A DNA stretch of 32,478 nt from Armatimonadota bacterium (lineage in GTDB: Bacteria; Armatimonadota; UBA10988). Shown here piece by piece: positions 7,890 through 16,642 of this stretch (position 1 is the first letter of the stretch; the number at the start of each line of letters is the position of its first letter). The notes below the pieces were generated by a model. It searched no databases, had not been told where the DNA came from, and worked only from the letters and a program-made list of their open reading frames with translations. Location: the NCBI GenBank assembly GCA_016235455.1, contig JACRKZ010000103.1, forward strand, positions 1 through 32,478, in the 5' to 3' direction. Position numbers and translations under genes: made by a program.

Positions 7890-10646
7890 CTATTTCTCTT
7901 CGCCCACGTACGCCAGGCCCGTGCTCAGCGGCAACGCCGGCAGCAGGGGCAGGTTGGCCCGCGGCGTACCGGTCGGCCAGACACCGCGCAGACCCCAGTC
8001 GTAGGAGTAGCGCAGCGTGTTGTAATCGTTGTACAGCGTGGCGCCCGCGCCATTGACCGGATAGGCCCACTTGTCGGACCACTGGGCCACATCGGACAGC
8101 TCGGCCAGGTTGTTGACGGCCACCGCGCCGTTGACCTGCACCTGGTAGTTGTAGCGCTTGAGCCGCGCCAGCCGGTCGGCCGCGTTGGTCGTCGAGGCGT
8201 TGCCCGCGGTGCCGTCCTTGACGTCGGTCAGCAACTGCGCGCGCGCGTCGAACCAGTCGCCGGGAATGACGAAGAAGCTGCCGCGCTCGGCATACATCAG
8301 CGCGCTGACCGTCATCGTCACACCGGGGTTGAGCGTGCCGCCGTTGTTGCGCTCGACCTTCAGGTTCTTGAGCAGCACATCGCTCTGGCTGCCGCCCTGA
8401 CCGTTGGCCTGCAGGCCGGCCTGCACGGTCAGCCAGTTGGGTCGGCCGTTAGCGGCCCAAGCCACGGCGCCCATGGCCCAGGTGTCGGGCATGTACTCCT
8501 GCGTGCCCTGGCCGCCGGCGTTGGGCAGGTACAGCGCCCGCGCCAAGTTGGCCAGGTCAGCGAAGAAGGTCGGCGTCTGGCATGCCTGCTGGCCGGGCAC
8601 TTGCGGGCTGCCCGTGCCGTCGGGGCTCAACAGCCACGGCCCCGCCGCAGCGTAGGGCTGGCCCAGCTGGGCTCGGTTGTTGTGGAACAGCACCGAGGCG
8701 CGCGCCGCCAGGCCGTCGTTCTGGTCACCGTCCACCGCCTCGGCCAGCACCTGCAGGTTGGCGGTGTTGGCGTCGGTGGGCAGTTCGATACCGACCGTCT
8801 GGGTGCCGGCGGCGTCGAGCCGATAGTGCGCGTCCATGGGGCTGTTGCGCGGCGAGTCGAAGGACCCGGGCGTCAGGCCCGACAGGGGGCCCGGCGCGTA
8901 GACGGTCGGGTTGAGCACCACATGGTCACGCGCCAGCAGGGCGATGCGCGTGTTGTCCGGCCCGTTGGGGTTGGCCACCGCACCGTAGTCGCTGGGCCGC
9001 AGCAGCGAGCCCTCGATGTAGATGCTGCCGCGGCTGACCACGGTCAGATGGTAGTCGAGCGCGGCGGAGCTGACCGGCAGCCGGCCACGGATGCGCACGT
9101 TGCCATCGGCCATGACCAGGCCGTTGTCAGCCAGCGGGCTGGTGGTCGGCACATCGCTCGTGCCGGTCCAGGCCGGTCGCGTGTAGGTACCGGTCTTGGC
9201 CGGCCAACGGAAGGCCAGCGTGGTCGAACCGCTGAGCTGACCGGTGGTCAGGTTGGTCCAGGTGCTGCCGTCGGTGCGCGTGATGACGATGGCCGGCCCG
9301 GCTGGTCCGCTGGGGAAGGTGTAGCTGTCGTACAGGTCGATGATCGCGCCGTTGGGCACATAGCGTCGGCCGCCCCAGTTCTCAGGCGCCAGCCAGGCCT
9401 GCCGCGCGCCGTCGAGGTTGTCGCGCTGGGCCGTGTTGTCGAGATAGATGCCGCGGCCATAGCCGAGCTCGCCGGAATTGACCGTGGTGCTCACGCCGCC
9501 GGGCGTCACCGTCACGTTGTCACCCGAGTAGCGGGTCAGCCGTTCAAAGCGCGAAACGCCCGTGGCCGGCTCGGCGGCATCCAGATCCGGCGCCTCCAGG
9601 CGCGGCGCGCCCAGCGCCACGCGCAGGCCGGTGCCGGTGGCATTGGTGGTGGGGTCCCAGGCGGTGGGCAGGCCGGCGGTGTTGCTGACCAGCAGCTCGG
9701 TGTTGCCCGCGGTCTGGGCGGCGGTGAGCTGGCGGCGCACGGCGCCCGACACCTCGAGGCTGTCGTTCCAGGCGTTGCCCGTCGTCACGATGCGCACCGG
9801 CGGATGGACATCCAGGTCCAGGTTCGAGCGCACCGGCCCGTCAAGATAGAGCGGCAGGAAGTCGTTGGCGCCGGTCGCGGTCCAAACGCCGCCGGCGGCC
9901 GCGGAGCGGTTGCTGGCCGAGACGGTGCCGTCGCCGTTGATGTCCACTCCGGGCACGCCCAGCGGCGCGGCCGCGGCGCGGCGGGTGCGGTCGTGGACGA
10001 ACAGCAGATAGTTCTGGATGCCGATGGGCTTGTAAGCCACGAGCTGGTCAAACACGTTGGTGTTGGCGCCCGGCCGGCCGATGGCGGTGATCTTGATGGC
10101 CTTGGACTCGGGGTTGGCCGGGTTGGGCGCGTACTCGATGCGCAGCAGGAAGTGATCGTGCGGCGCGGTGATTTCGCTGTTCTCCACCGGCATGTTCTTG
10201 TCGGGGTCGGTGAAGTCCTGGCTCGGATCGACGGTCGGGTTCTGGCTCGGCGCGTCGGGGTCCATGGCGAAGCGGAACTTGACGTAGTACGGCGCGCCCG
10301 ACGCCACGGGATCCCAGCCGCGCAGCTTCTCGAACGAGTCGTAGGTGTTGTCGTAGGCCTGCTGCGTGAAGGCGGGATTGGCCGGCGTGAGGTAGTCCGC
10401 CAGCGCCGGGCGCCAGTCGGCGCCTTCGGTGGCCGAGGTCAGCATCTCGTCGGCATACCGGATGCCCGCCAAGGCCAACGAGTGGGCGTGCGCGGACGCT
10501 TCGTCGCGCTCGGTGTCACGCGCGCTGCCAGCCACCACGGCGACCACGGAGGCCGCAAGCATGGCCAGCATCAGCAGCACGATCACCGCCAGCAGCAGCG
10601 CCTGACCGGCGCTGCGCCGTCGCCGACCCATCGTCATTTGCCTCAT
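7890..10646 (-). CDS. PilX/GspK-like minor pilin, unusually large (918 aa)
   Basis: Basic leader RRRRSAG|QALLLAVIVLLMLAMLA lacks Glu5, as is typical of the PilX/GspK class. It is followed by the A..LALAGI.YA helix. Ca-loop DINGDGTV. The start could be ATG 10646, 10637 or 10631. Confidence 0.85.
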   Translation of the reverse strand: MRQMTMGRRRRSAGQALLLAVIVLLMLAMLAASVVAVVAGSARDTERDEASAHAHSLALAGIRYADEMLTSATEGADWRPALADYLTPANPAFTQQAYDNTYDSFEKLRGWDPVASGAPYYVKFRFAMDPDAPSQNPTVDPSQDFTDPDKNMPVENSEITAPHDHFLLRIEYAPNPANPESKAIKITAIGRPGANTNVFDQLVAYKPIGIQNYLLFVHDRTRRAAAAPLGVPGVDINGDGTVSASNRSAAAGGVWTATGANDFLPLYLDGPVRSNLDLDVHPPVRIVTTGNAWNDSLEVSGAVRRQLTAAQTAGNTELLVSNTAGLPTAWDPTTNATGTGLRVALGAPRLEAPDLDAAEPATGVSRFERLTRYSGDNVTVTPGGVSTTVNSGELGYGRGIYLDNTAQRDNLDGARQAWLAPENWGGRRYVPNGAIIDLYDSYTFPSGPAGPAIVITRTDGSTWTNLTTGQLSGSTTLAFRWPAKTGTYTRPAWTGTSDVPTTSPLADNGLVMADGNVRIRGRLPVSSAALDYHLTVVSRGSIYIEGSLLRPSDYGAVANPNGPDNTRIALLARDHVVLNPTVYAPGPLSGLTPGSFDSPRNSPMDAHYRLDAAGTQTVGIELPTDANTANLQVLAEAVDGDQNDGLAARASVLFHNNRAQLGQPYAAAGPWLLSPDGTGSPQVPGQQACQTPTFFADLANLARALYLPNAGGQGTQEYMPDTWAMGAVAWAANGRPNWLTVQAGLQANGQGGSQSDVLLKNLKVERNNGGTLNPGVTMTVSALMYAERGSFFVIPGDWFDARAQLLTDVKDGTAGNASTTNAADRLARLKRYNYQVQVNGAVAVNNLAELSDVAQWSDKWAYPVNGAGATLYNDYNTLRYSYDWGLRGVWPTGTPRANLPLLPALPLSTGLAYVGEEK

Positions 10647-10773
10647 GGCTCGCCCTCGTCTCATCACGGGCTCCCCGCCGGTCGCGGCTGTGTGGCCGCC
10701 CGGCTCCCAGGTTGTTCCCGCTCCAGCGCGCCGCTAAGCAGCGCGTCATTTGGCCAGAATGTAACCAGGCCGC

Positions 10774-12930
10774 CTATTTCGCTCCGACGGTCAGCCGCTG
10801 CTGCACCGTCACCCGGCGCCGAGCACCGGTGGGCCGCTCGCTGGTCGGCACCGAGGCGTCCGCCGGATCGCCCACGGCCTCGGTCAGGCCGTGCGTCGAG
10901 TCCGCCGGTACGTCCAGGGTCAGGTTGAGCACGAGCGACTCCTGCGAGCGGTAGGTCATTTCGACCACATCGCGGTTGGAGTCGTTGCCGGCCAGCATCT
11001 GCAGCACGGTGGGCAGATTGTTGCGATACTCATAGGTCACATGGATGACGGTCCGCACGGGCACGCCGCCGATGGTCTCGTTGTCCGTGTCTTGGGGCGG
11101 GTTGTAACCGTCGCGCGCGGCGACCGCGTCGCCCGAGAGCTGCGGATCATAGAAGACCAGCTTGCCCGACCCGGGATCGCAGTAGCACTGGAAGGGACGC
11201 AGCGCCGGCGGCGCGCCCGGCGCCACCGATTCCACCACCTGGTAGCTGCGGCTGGCCAACGGCTGCCCCGTCAGGTTGGCGGCCGGCCGCTTCTCCACGA
11301 CCACATGCAGGCTGCCGAGCACCAGCGACATGTTGATCTGCGCCAGCGACAGGTTGGGCAGGCCCAGCGCGCCGGTCTGCAGCCGCTCGGGTCGGAAGGC
11401 CGAGAGCGTGTAGCCGGTCCACACGCTGCGGTTGGTACCGTTGTCGTTGACCACGTAATGGTCGTCGATGACGAACCCGTTGCTGCCGGCGTTGCCGCCC
11501 TGGCACAGCGGCAGCGACTGCCAGACCGCGGCCGGCGCGGGGCTGCCGGCGGCAAACAGCGGCGGGGCCGGCACCGTGCCCTGGTGGTCGTGATTGTTCA
11601 GCGCGACGACCGCGGCGTTGCTGCCATCACCCGAGGGGCAGATGAAGTCCTCCTGCGGGAAGGTGGTCAACACCTCGCCGGTCGACCAGTCGATGCCACA
11701 GGCCATCTCGCCGCTACCCACCGCGGGCGAGCCGGCCGGCGCCGTGCCGGGCGCCGTGCCGAAGACGCGCTTGGGGTAGTCGGTCACGTCGTAGACGGGG
11801 ATGGCCACGCCGCCGACGGCGGTCGGCATGCGGTAGAGGATGACGTGCCCGACGGTCAGCGAGGCCGGATCCTGGTCCAGCGACAGGAAGTAGTTGAGTT
11901 CCAGCGGGCCGGCGCCATCGCGCACGTCCTGCACCCGGAACATGCCGATCAGCGGCTTGGCCCCCGTGGAGGTGGCCACCACGCCGGTGGCCGGCGCGGT
12001 CCACAGCGCGTCGCTGGTGCGCTGATAGGGCTCCTGCCAGCGGCGCAGCGTACCGTGGTAGGCGCCGAACGAGCGGTTCGGCGTCAGCTGCTCCTGGTCC
12101 AGGCGATAGGGCAGGAACTGCGCCTCGCGCACATCGGTGCCAGCCTCCGTGATGGGACTGATGCCCAGCATTGCCGAGGCGTGGGTGTAGGTGTCCGGCG
12201 TGCCGGTCGGCTGCGCCTCGGGCGAGCGCATGATGCGCTCTGCGGCCGTGGCCGGCGCGGCGGCGTAGCTGCGGTCGGTGTTGGCCACCAGCCAGTCGAA
12301 GGCGCGGCCTTGGTCGAACAGCAGCGGCCACACGGTGGGCCCGAAGCTCTGCAGCGAGCCGCCGCCGGTCAGGCGCAGGCGCCGCACGGCATAGCCGTAG
12401 AGGTCGTCGGGCGAGGTGACCGACAGCGTCTGACCGCCCTGGTTCTCGCTGAACGGCTGGTAGTAGGAGACCGCGCGAAACACCCGGCGCGGGTTCTTCA
12501 TGGGGTCATAGGGCTGCGTGACGTCGCCGCGCATGACCCAGTAGGTGACCACCATGGGCCGACCGGTGCTGTCGGTGGCCGGCTGCACCGGCGACAGCAC
12601 CTTGCCGCGGTTGTCCACCGCCGCCGGCACGAAGCTGACGCGCTCGGGCTGCGCGGTGTGCCACTTGGAGTTGTTGCCCGCCGTGGCGCCCGTGGGCAGG
12701 TCGAAGGTGCCGAGGTTGGAGTAGACCTTGACCGCGGTGCGCAGCTCGCCGGCCATGCGGTCGACGACCTGCTGCGCGGTGGCCTGGGCCTCACGCTCCG
12801 CGCGGCCGATACTGAGCACTTCGATGCCCATGAGCAACGGCTTGAAGATCATGCCCAGCAGGATCGCCAGGATGGCCACGGCGACCAGAATCTCGACCAG
12901 GGTGAAGGCTCTCGCGCGCTGTCTCGGCAT
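10774..12930 (-). CDS. Prepilin-type N-terminal cleavage/methylation protein, PilW/GspJ-like (718 aa)
   Basis: MPRQRARA|FTLVEILVAVAILAILLGMIF class III signal. Helix AQATAQQVVDRMAGELRTA is typical of PilW/GspJ. SD GAGGGAG precedes ATG 12930; an alternative ATG at 12945 overlaps the upstream stop. Confidence 0.88.
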   Translation of the reverse strand: MPRQRARAFTLVEILVAVAILAILLGMIFKPLLMGIEVLSIGRAEREAQATAQQVVDRMAGELRTAVKVYSNLGTFDLPTGATAGNNSKWHTAQPERVSFVPAAVDNRGKVLSPVQPATDSTGRPMVVTYWVMRGDVTQPYDPMKNPRRVFRAVSYYQPFSENQGGQTLSVTSPDDLYGYAVRRLRLTGGGSLQSFGPTVWPLLFDQGRAFDWLVANTDRSYAAAPATAAERIMRSPEAQPTGTPDTYTHASAMLGISPITEAGTDVREAQFLPYRLDQEQLTPNRSFGAYHGTLRRWQEPYQRTSDALWTAPATGVVATSTGAKPLIGMFRVQDVRDGAGPLELNYFLSLDQDPASLTVGHVILYRMPTAVGGVAIPVYDVTDYPKRVFGTAPGTAPAGSPAVGSGEMACGIDWSTGEVLTTFPQEDFICPSGDGSNAAVVALNNHDHQGTVPAPPLFAAGSPAPAAVWQSLPLCQGGNAGSNGFVIDDHYVVNDNGTNRSVWTGYTLSAFRPERLQTGALGLPNLSLAQINMSLVLGSLHVVVEKRPAANLTGQPLASRSYQVVESVAPGAPPALRPFQCYCDPGSGKLVFYDPQLSGDAVAARDGYNPPQDTDNETIGGVPVRTVIHVTYEYRNNLPTVLQMLAGNDSNRDVVEMTYRSQESLVLNLTLDVPADSTHGLTEAVGDPADASVPTSERPTGARRRVTVQQRLTVGAK

Positions 12931-12941
12931 GGTCGTCTCCC

Positions 12942-13853
12942 TCATCCCCGCGGGGCGCGCAGCTCGGCGCGCGGCGGCGCCCAGCCGCTGTTGTCCGGCG
13001 CCGGCACGACGGCCGCATGGCCGTCGGCGAACAGGACGATGTCGACGCCCCAGGCAGCCTTGTTGTACTGCGGCGCGGGCACCGTCTGCTTGGTGCGGAA
13101 CGCCGTGGACCAGGTGACCACGGTGTCACTGGCCGGCAGGTAGCGGCTCGACGGATCGTCGGTGCCCACGCGCGACAGCTGGCGGCGGTAGTAGGTGCCG
13201 TTGCCAGGGTTGTCCACGGGCCAGGCGGAACTCGTCTTGCGCACCGGCTGGTAGCGCCACTCCCGAGTGAACGGATCCTGCATCATCCAGGAGCACCAGT
13301 TCTCGTTCAGGTCGTCCTGATAGTCGGCGAAGGCGGTAGTCACGGCGGTCGTGCTGTGCGCCGCCGGGTCGGCCAGGGCGGCGAACGCGCGGTACTTCTG
13401 GGCCGGCGTCAGCGGCGCGGTCTGCGAGCCGCCGGTGGCGTTGTTGTAGACCTCCAGCAGGCCGGCCTCGCTGTCCACGTCCATGCCCGGCACCCGGCCG
13501 CCGCCAGCGATAATCCAGGGCGCCTCGGGGTCGGGATAGCCGGCATCATGCAGGTAGCGGCTGCTCTGCAGGTAGTCGAGCATGACCAGCGTCCACAGGC
13601 CCGCGCCGTCGGGCACACCCACCTCGCCGGTCGGGTTGTACGGCGGCACATCGCCCCAGTCGGCGCGATAGACGCTCAGCGCGCGGGCCACGGCGTGCAG
13701 CCGGCCCATGGTCTCGCCGCGGTGCTGCGACACTTCCAGGCGTCGCACCGCGCCGACCACGATGCCCAGCAGCATGACCATGATGATGATGACTACCAGC
13801 AACTCGATCAGAGAGAAGCCCGACCGAGCGCCACAACGTCGTGTTGGTTTCAT
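12942..13853 (-). CDS. Prepilin-type protein (303 aa) with a degenerate H-X9-DG-like C-terminal motif
   Basis: MKPTRRCGARSG|FSLIELLVVIIIMVMLLGIVV. C-terminal VLFADGHA. ATGA overlap with the upstream stop at 13850-13853. Confidence 0.88.
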   Translation of the reverse strand: MKPTRRCGARSGFSLIELLVVIIIMVMLLGIVVGAVRRLEVSQHRGETMGRLHAVARALSVYRADWGDVPPYNPTGEVGVPDGAGLWTLVMLDYLQSSRYLHDAGYPDPEAPWIIAGGGRVPGMDVDSEAGLLEVYNNATGGSQTAPLTPAQKYRAFAALADPAAHSTTAVTTAFADYQDDLNENWCSWMMQDPFTREWRYQPVRKTSSAWPVDNPGNGTYYRRQLSRVGTDDPSSRYLPASDTVVTWSTAFRTKQTVPAPQYNKAAWGVDIVLFADGHAAVVPAPDNSGWAPPRAELRAPRG

Positions 13854-15619
13854 CGGTGTCGCCTCACCAGCCAATTGAGCTCGTAGAGCCGCTGCCGGGT
13901 ATCGCCAGCGGGCTGTCCGGTCACCACCGGCACCGACGGCCGCACCAGGTTCTGGTCGTTGTAGACCACCCGCACGGCCATCGACACGCCCTCGACCGTA
14001 TGCAGATAGGGTCGCACGTCGGCGCCCACGCCCAGCGTGCCGCCGGGTTCCAGCGGGCGTTGCAGCCGGATGGCATGACGCAGGGCGCCGGCCACGCCGG
14101 CATTGGCCTGCGGCGGCACCACGTGCGGTTCACCACTGACTGTCTTGTGCCCGGTGGGCGTGTTGTACTCGTAGCTCACCAGCACCGTGCGGCCGGCCTC
14201 GCTGGGCCGGAAGCGCAGTTCGCAGTAGCTGTCGACGGCGTTGACCACGACCGGCTCGACGACCATCGACTGCACGGGATAGTTGGCCAGCGAACCGCCG
14301 GCCAGGCTCTGCGCATCGGCGGCCAGGATGTAACTGGCCGGCGCGATGCTCGGCGCCACGGCCCAGTTGCCCTGCCGACGGAACCAGACCACGACCTCGT
14401 AGGTGCCGTCGGCCAGGCCGGTCAGGCCGGTGGCCAACTGCAGTGGCACGCGGCCGGACTTGGCCACATCGGGGGCCCACAGCGCCGTGTTGAGTGGGAT
14501 TTGCTGACCCGTCTGCCGGATGACCAGCAGCGGCTGGAAGGTGTCGTCCAGGTCGGTGGTGCGCAACTGCAGCATGCCGCCGGTGACCACGCCGCCCGCG
14601 GGCTGCAGCACGTTGCCGCCGGCGTCCATGGCCAGGGTGACCGTCTCGTGCAGCAGGCGCCAGTCGCGGGCCACGTACTCGAGCGAGATGTCCTCGCCGG
14701 CCAGGCTGGTGCTCATGCGCACATAGCCCAGATTGGCGCCGGAGTCGTCGAACGAGAAGCGGCCGCCGCCACCATGCGTCAGCGCCTGTCGCACGCTGAC
14801 CGAGCCGGGGATGACGTTGGCGTTGGTCAGCACCACCTCCTGGTACAGACTGGCCGGGGTGCCGGCGGTGGCGGCCAGCGCCGTGGTGCCGGCCGGCGCC
14901 TGGACCCAGGCGGCGCGGCCCTGGTTGTTGTAGGCGTAGCGCACGATGAGCTGGCGAGCGCGCGCGTCGAGTTCGAACAGCAGGCGGTCATTGGCCGGCT
15001 GCCGGGTGAACGAGTCGATGCCGCCATCAAGGAAGGCGAACACCGGGCGGTCCTGGTAGCCGCCCGCGGCCTGGGTGACGCGCAGGTCGGCCGGGTCCAC
15101 CTGGGTGAACTCGCGGAACGCCTCCACCACCGCGCCGGCCGTGGTGTCGATCGGTCCGAACAGCGTGTAGGTCGGCTCGGCGCCACTGCTCGTGCCACGC
15201 GGCACCAGGGCGCGCTCGCCGACCACCAGGCGGTTGGCGGCCAGGAAGCGGTAGAGCGCTTGCGGGTCGTTGACGTCCGTCCAGCCGTTGGGGCCAGCGA
15301 AGGCGGTGAAGTCATAGGGCCGATTGGCGTCGATCCCGGCGCCCAGGCGCAGGAACCCGAAATCGGGCTGCGCCGGGTCGGTCTGCGTGGGCAGGCCGGC
15401 GGGCAGGATGGCGTCGGGCAACCGGCTCTCGTCGGCGCGCAGTTCCTCCAGGCGAGCCTGGGCCATACGCACCGCGTCCGCTCGATCGCGGTTGGTGGTG
15501 ATGATGCCCAGGCTCTTGGGGAAGATGCGTAGCACCGCCAAGATGCCAATCACGAAGATCGCCATCGCGATCAGGACTTCGATCAGCGATAGACCGCTGT
15601 TCCGCCGCTTGTTCGCCAT
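13850..15619 (-). CDS. Prepilin-type protein, PilV/GspI-like (589 aa)
   Basis: MANKRRNSG|LSLIEVLIAMAIFVIGILAVL, followed by the AVRMAQARLEELRA helix typical of PilV/GspI-class pilins. ATG 15619 follows GGGAAG. Confidence 0.87.
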   Translation of the reverse strand: MANKRRNSGLSLIEVLIAMAIFVIGILAVLRIFPKSLGIITTNRDRADAVRMAQARLEELRADESRLPDAILPAGLPTQTDPAQPDFGFLRLGAGIDANRPYDFTAFAGPNGWTDVNDPQALYRFLAANRLVVGERALVPRGTSSGAEPTYTLFGPIDTTAGAVVEAFREFTQVDPADLRVTQAAGGYQDRPVFAFLDGGIDSFTRQPANDRLLFELDARARQLIVRYAYNNQGRAAWVQAPAGTTALAATAGTPASLYQEVVLTNANVIPGSVSVRQALTHGGGGRFSFDDSGANLGYVRMSTSLAGEDISLEYVARDWRLLHETVTLAMDAGGNVLQPAGGVVTGGMLQLRTTDLDDTFQPLLVIRQTGQQIPLNTALWAPDVAKSGRVPLQLATGLTGLADGTYEVVVWFRRQGNWAVAPSIAPASYILAADAQSLAGGSLANYPVQSMVVEPVVVNAVDSYCELRFRPSEAGRTVLVSYEYNTPTGHKTVSGEPHVVPPQANAGVAGALRHAIRLQRPLEPGGTLGVGADVRPYLHTVEGVSMAVRVVYNDQNLVRPSVPVVTGQPAGDTRQRLYELNWLVRRHR

Positions 15620-15681
15620 CGTCGTCTTCCCAACGACCCGCCCAGGCCAGCCGCGAGGCTGACGCGGTCGATGCCGCACTG

Positions 15682-15701
15682 CCACTGGCCGTGGCCAGTG
15701 G
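15682..15701. promoter_or_regulatory. Intergenic stem-loop after the first pilin gene, without a U-tract
   Basis: Inverted repeat CCACTGGCC-gt-GGCCAGTGG, starting 7 nt past the stop at 15708. Confidence 0.45.
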
Positions 15702-15707
15702 GCCGGT

Positions 15708-16466
15708 CTACTGGTTGGCCAACTCGGGTTGGGTGGCCCACTTGTAGCTCTTGGTCGGGGTGATGTTCCCCGAGCCGCCCAGGCGCAAGATCAGGCACAG
15801 TTCCTTGCCGGGCTCTTCGTGGTCGCGGCAGACTGTCACGACCGTGCTGTCGGGCGCGTAGAGATTGGCCAGCATCTTGTCGTTGCGGGTTCGCGCGGCG
15901 GGCGGTGCGGTCAACAACGTCGGTTCCCCGTTGTTCACGCCATAGCCGTAGTAGTTGTAGTAATCGTCGTAAGTGCTGGAGGTGAAATTGGCGTCGCCGG
16001 TCACGGTCAGCGCTTCCTCATCCACCGTGCCGTTGTACTGCACCGGCGTCTCGGCACTGGCCCGCGGCGCGAGATATCGGCTGGCCCCGTCCTCCTCGGG
16101 GCAGATGAAGGTCACCTGCTCCTGGACGTAGTTGGGGTACAGCGCGCCCAGACGGCTCTTGCGGCCCGAGAGAGTGTCGAATGTCTTGTAGGCGACCGTG
16201 CCGGGCGACAGGCCGGCGATGTCCTTCAGACCGTTCTGAACAGCTGCCGAGCAGCCCAGCGGATAGGCCTTGAAGTCCTGCTTGTACTGCTTGAGCCCCA
16301 GGCCCAGCTGGTGCATGTTGGCCTTGCAGGCCGCCAGTCGCGCCTTGCGCTGCGCCGTGTGGATGACCGGCAGCAGGATCGCCGCCAGCACCGCGATGAT
16401 GGCAATGACGACCAGCATCTCCACGAGGGTGAAGCCGCGCCGTCCGCCGAACCGGATTTTCATCAT
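15708..16466 (-). CDS. Prepilin-type protein, DUF1559-like (252 aa); first gene of the operon
   Basis: MMKIRFGGRRG|FTLVEMLVVIAIIAVLAAILLPV...ARLAACKANMHQLGLGLKQYKQD matches the DUF1559-type N-terminus. FICPE motif. SD GGGAGG lies 6 nt before ATG 16466. Confidence 0.92.
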   Translation of the reverse strand: MMKIRFGGRRGFTLVEMLVVIAIIAVLAAILLPVIHTAQRKARLAACKANMHQLGLGLKQYKQDFKAYPLGCSAAVQNGLKDIAGLSPGTVAYKTFDTLSGRKSRLGALYPNYVQEQVTFICPEEDGASRYLAPRASAETPVQYNGTVDEEALTVTGDANFTSSTYDDYYNYYGYGVNNGEPTLLTAPPAARTRNDKMLANLYAPDSTVVTVCRDHEEPGKELCLILRLGGSGNITPTKSYKWATQPELANQ

Positions 16467-16555
16467 GACATGCCTCCCTAGCCCGCGTCGGCCGGGATGA
16501 AGGCGGCCTGATCGCCGCCGCTCACTACATCGTTTTCCCAACCGCCCACAGCACT

Positions 16556-16590
16556 AAACAACCCGCCGGCTTGGTCTTGCCCCGGCGGGT
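16556..16590 (-). terminator. Probable intrinsic terminator downstream of the histidine kinase
   Basis: Minus strand reads ACCCGCCGG-N12-CCGGCGGGT followed by TGTTT. Confidence 0.55.
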
Positions 16591-16642
16591 CTCATCTCGT
16601 GTTACACCACGCTTAACAGGTGATCCTGGCCCGCGCTCTCTC

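Noticed and set aside
12895-12930. Ala instead of Gly at -1 of the PilW-like cleavage site as a sign of inactivation
   Set aside because: Ala at -1 is a known tolerated variant, and Phe1 and Glu5 are intact.
444-15532. Very long plus-strand ORFs (444-2504, 2855-7759, 7500-10928, 10891-13143, 13841-15532)
   Set aside because: They are antisense shadows of the real minus-strand genes, expected from high-GC codon bias. Their translations are Arg/Gly/Val/His-rich with no motifs.
16467-16642. c-di-GMP riboswitch upstream of the pilin operon
   Set aside because: The conserved GEMM elements are not recognisable. The hairpin is explained more simply as a terminator.
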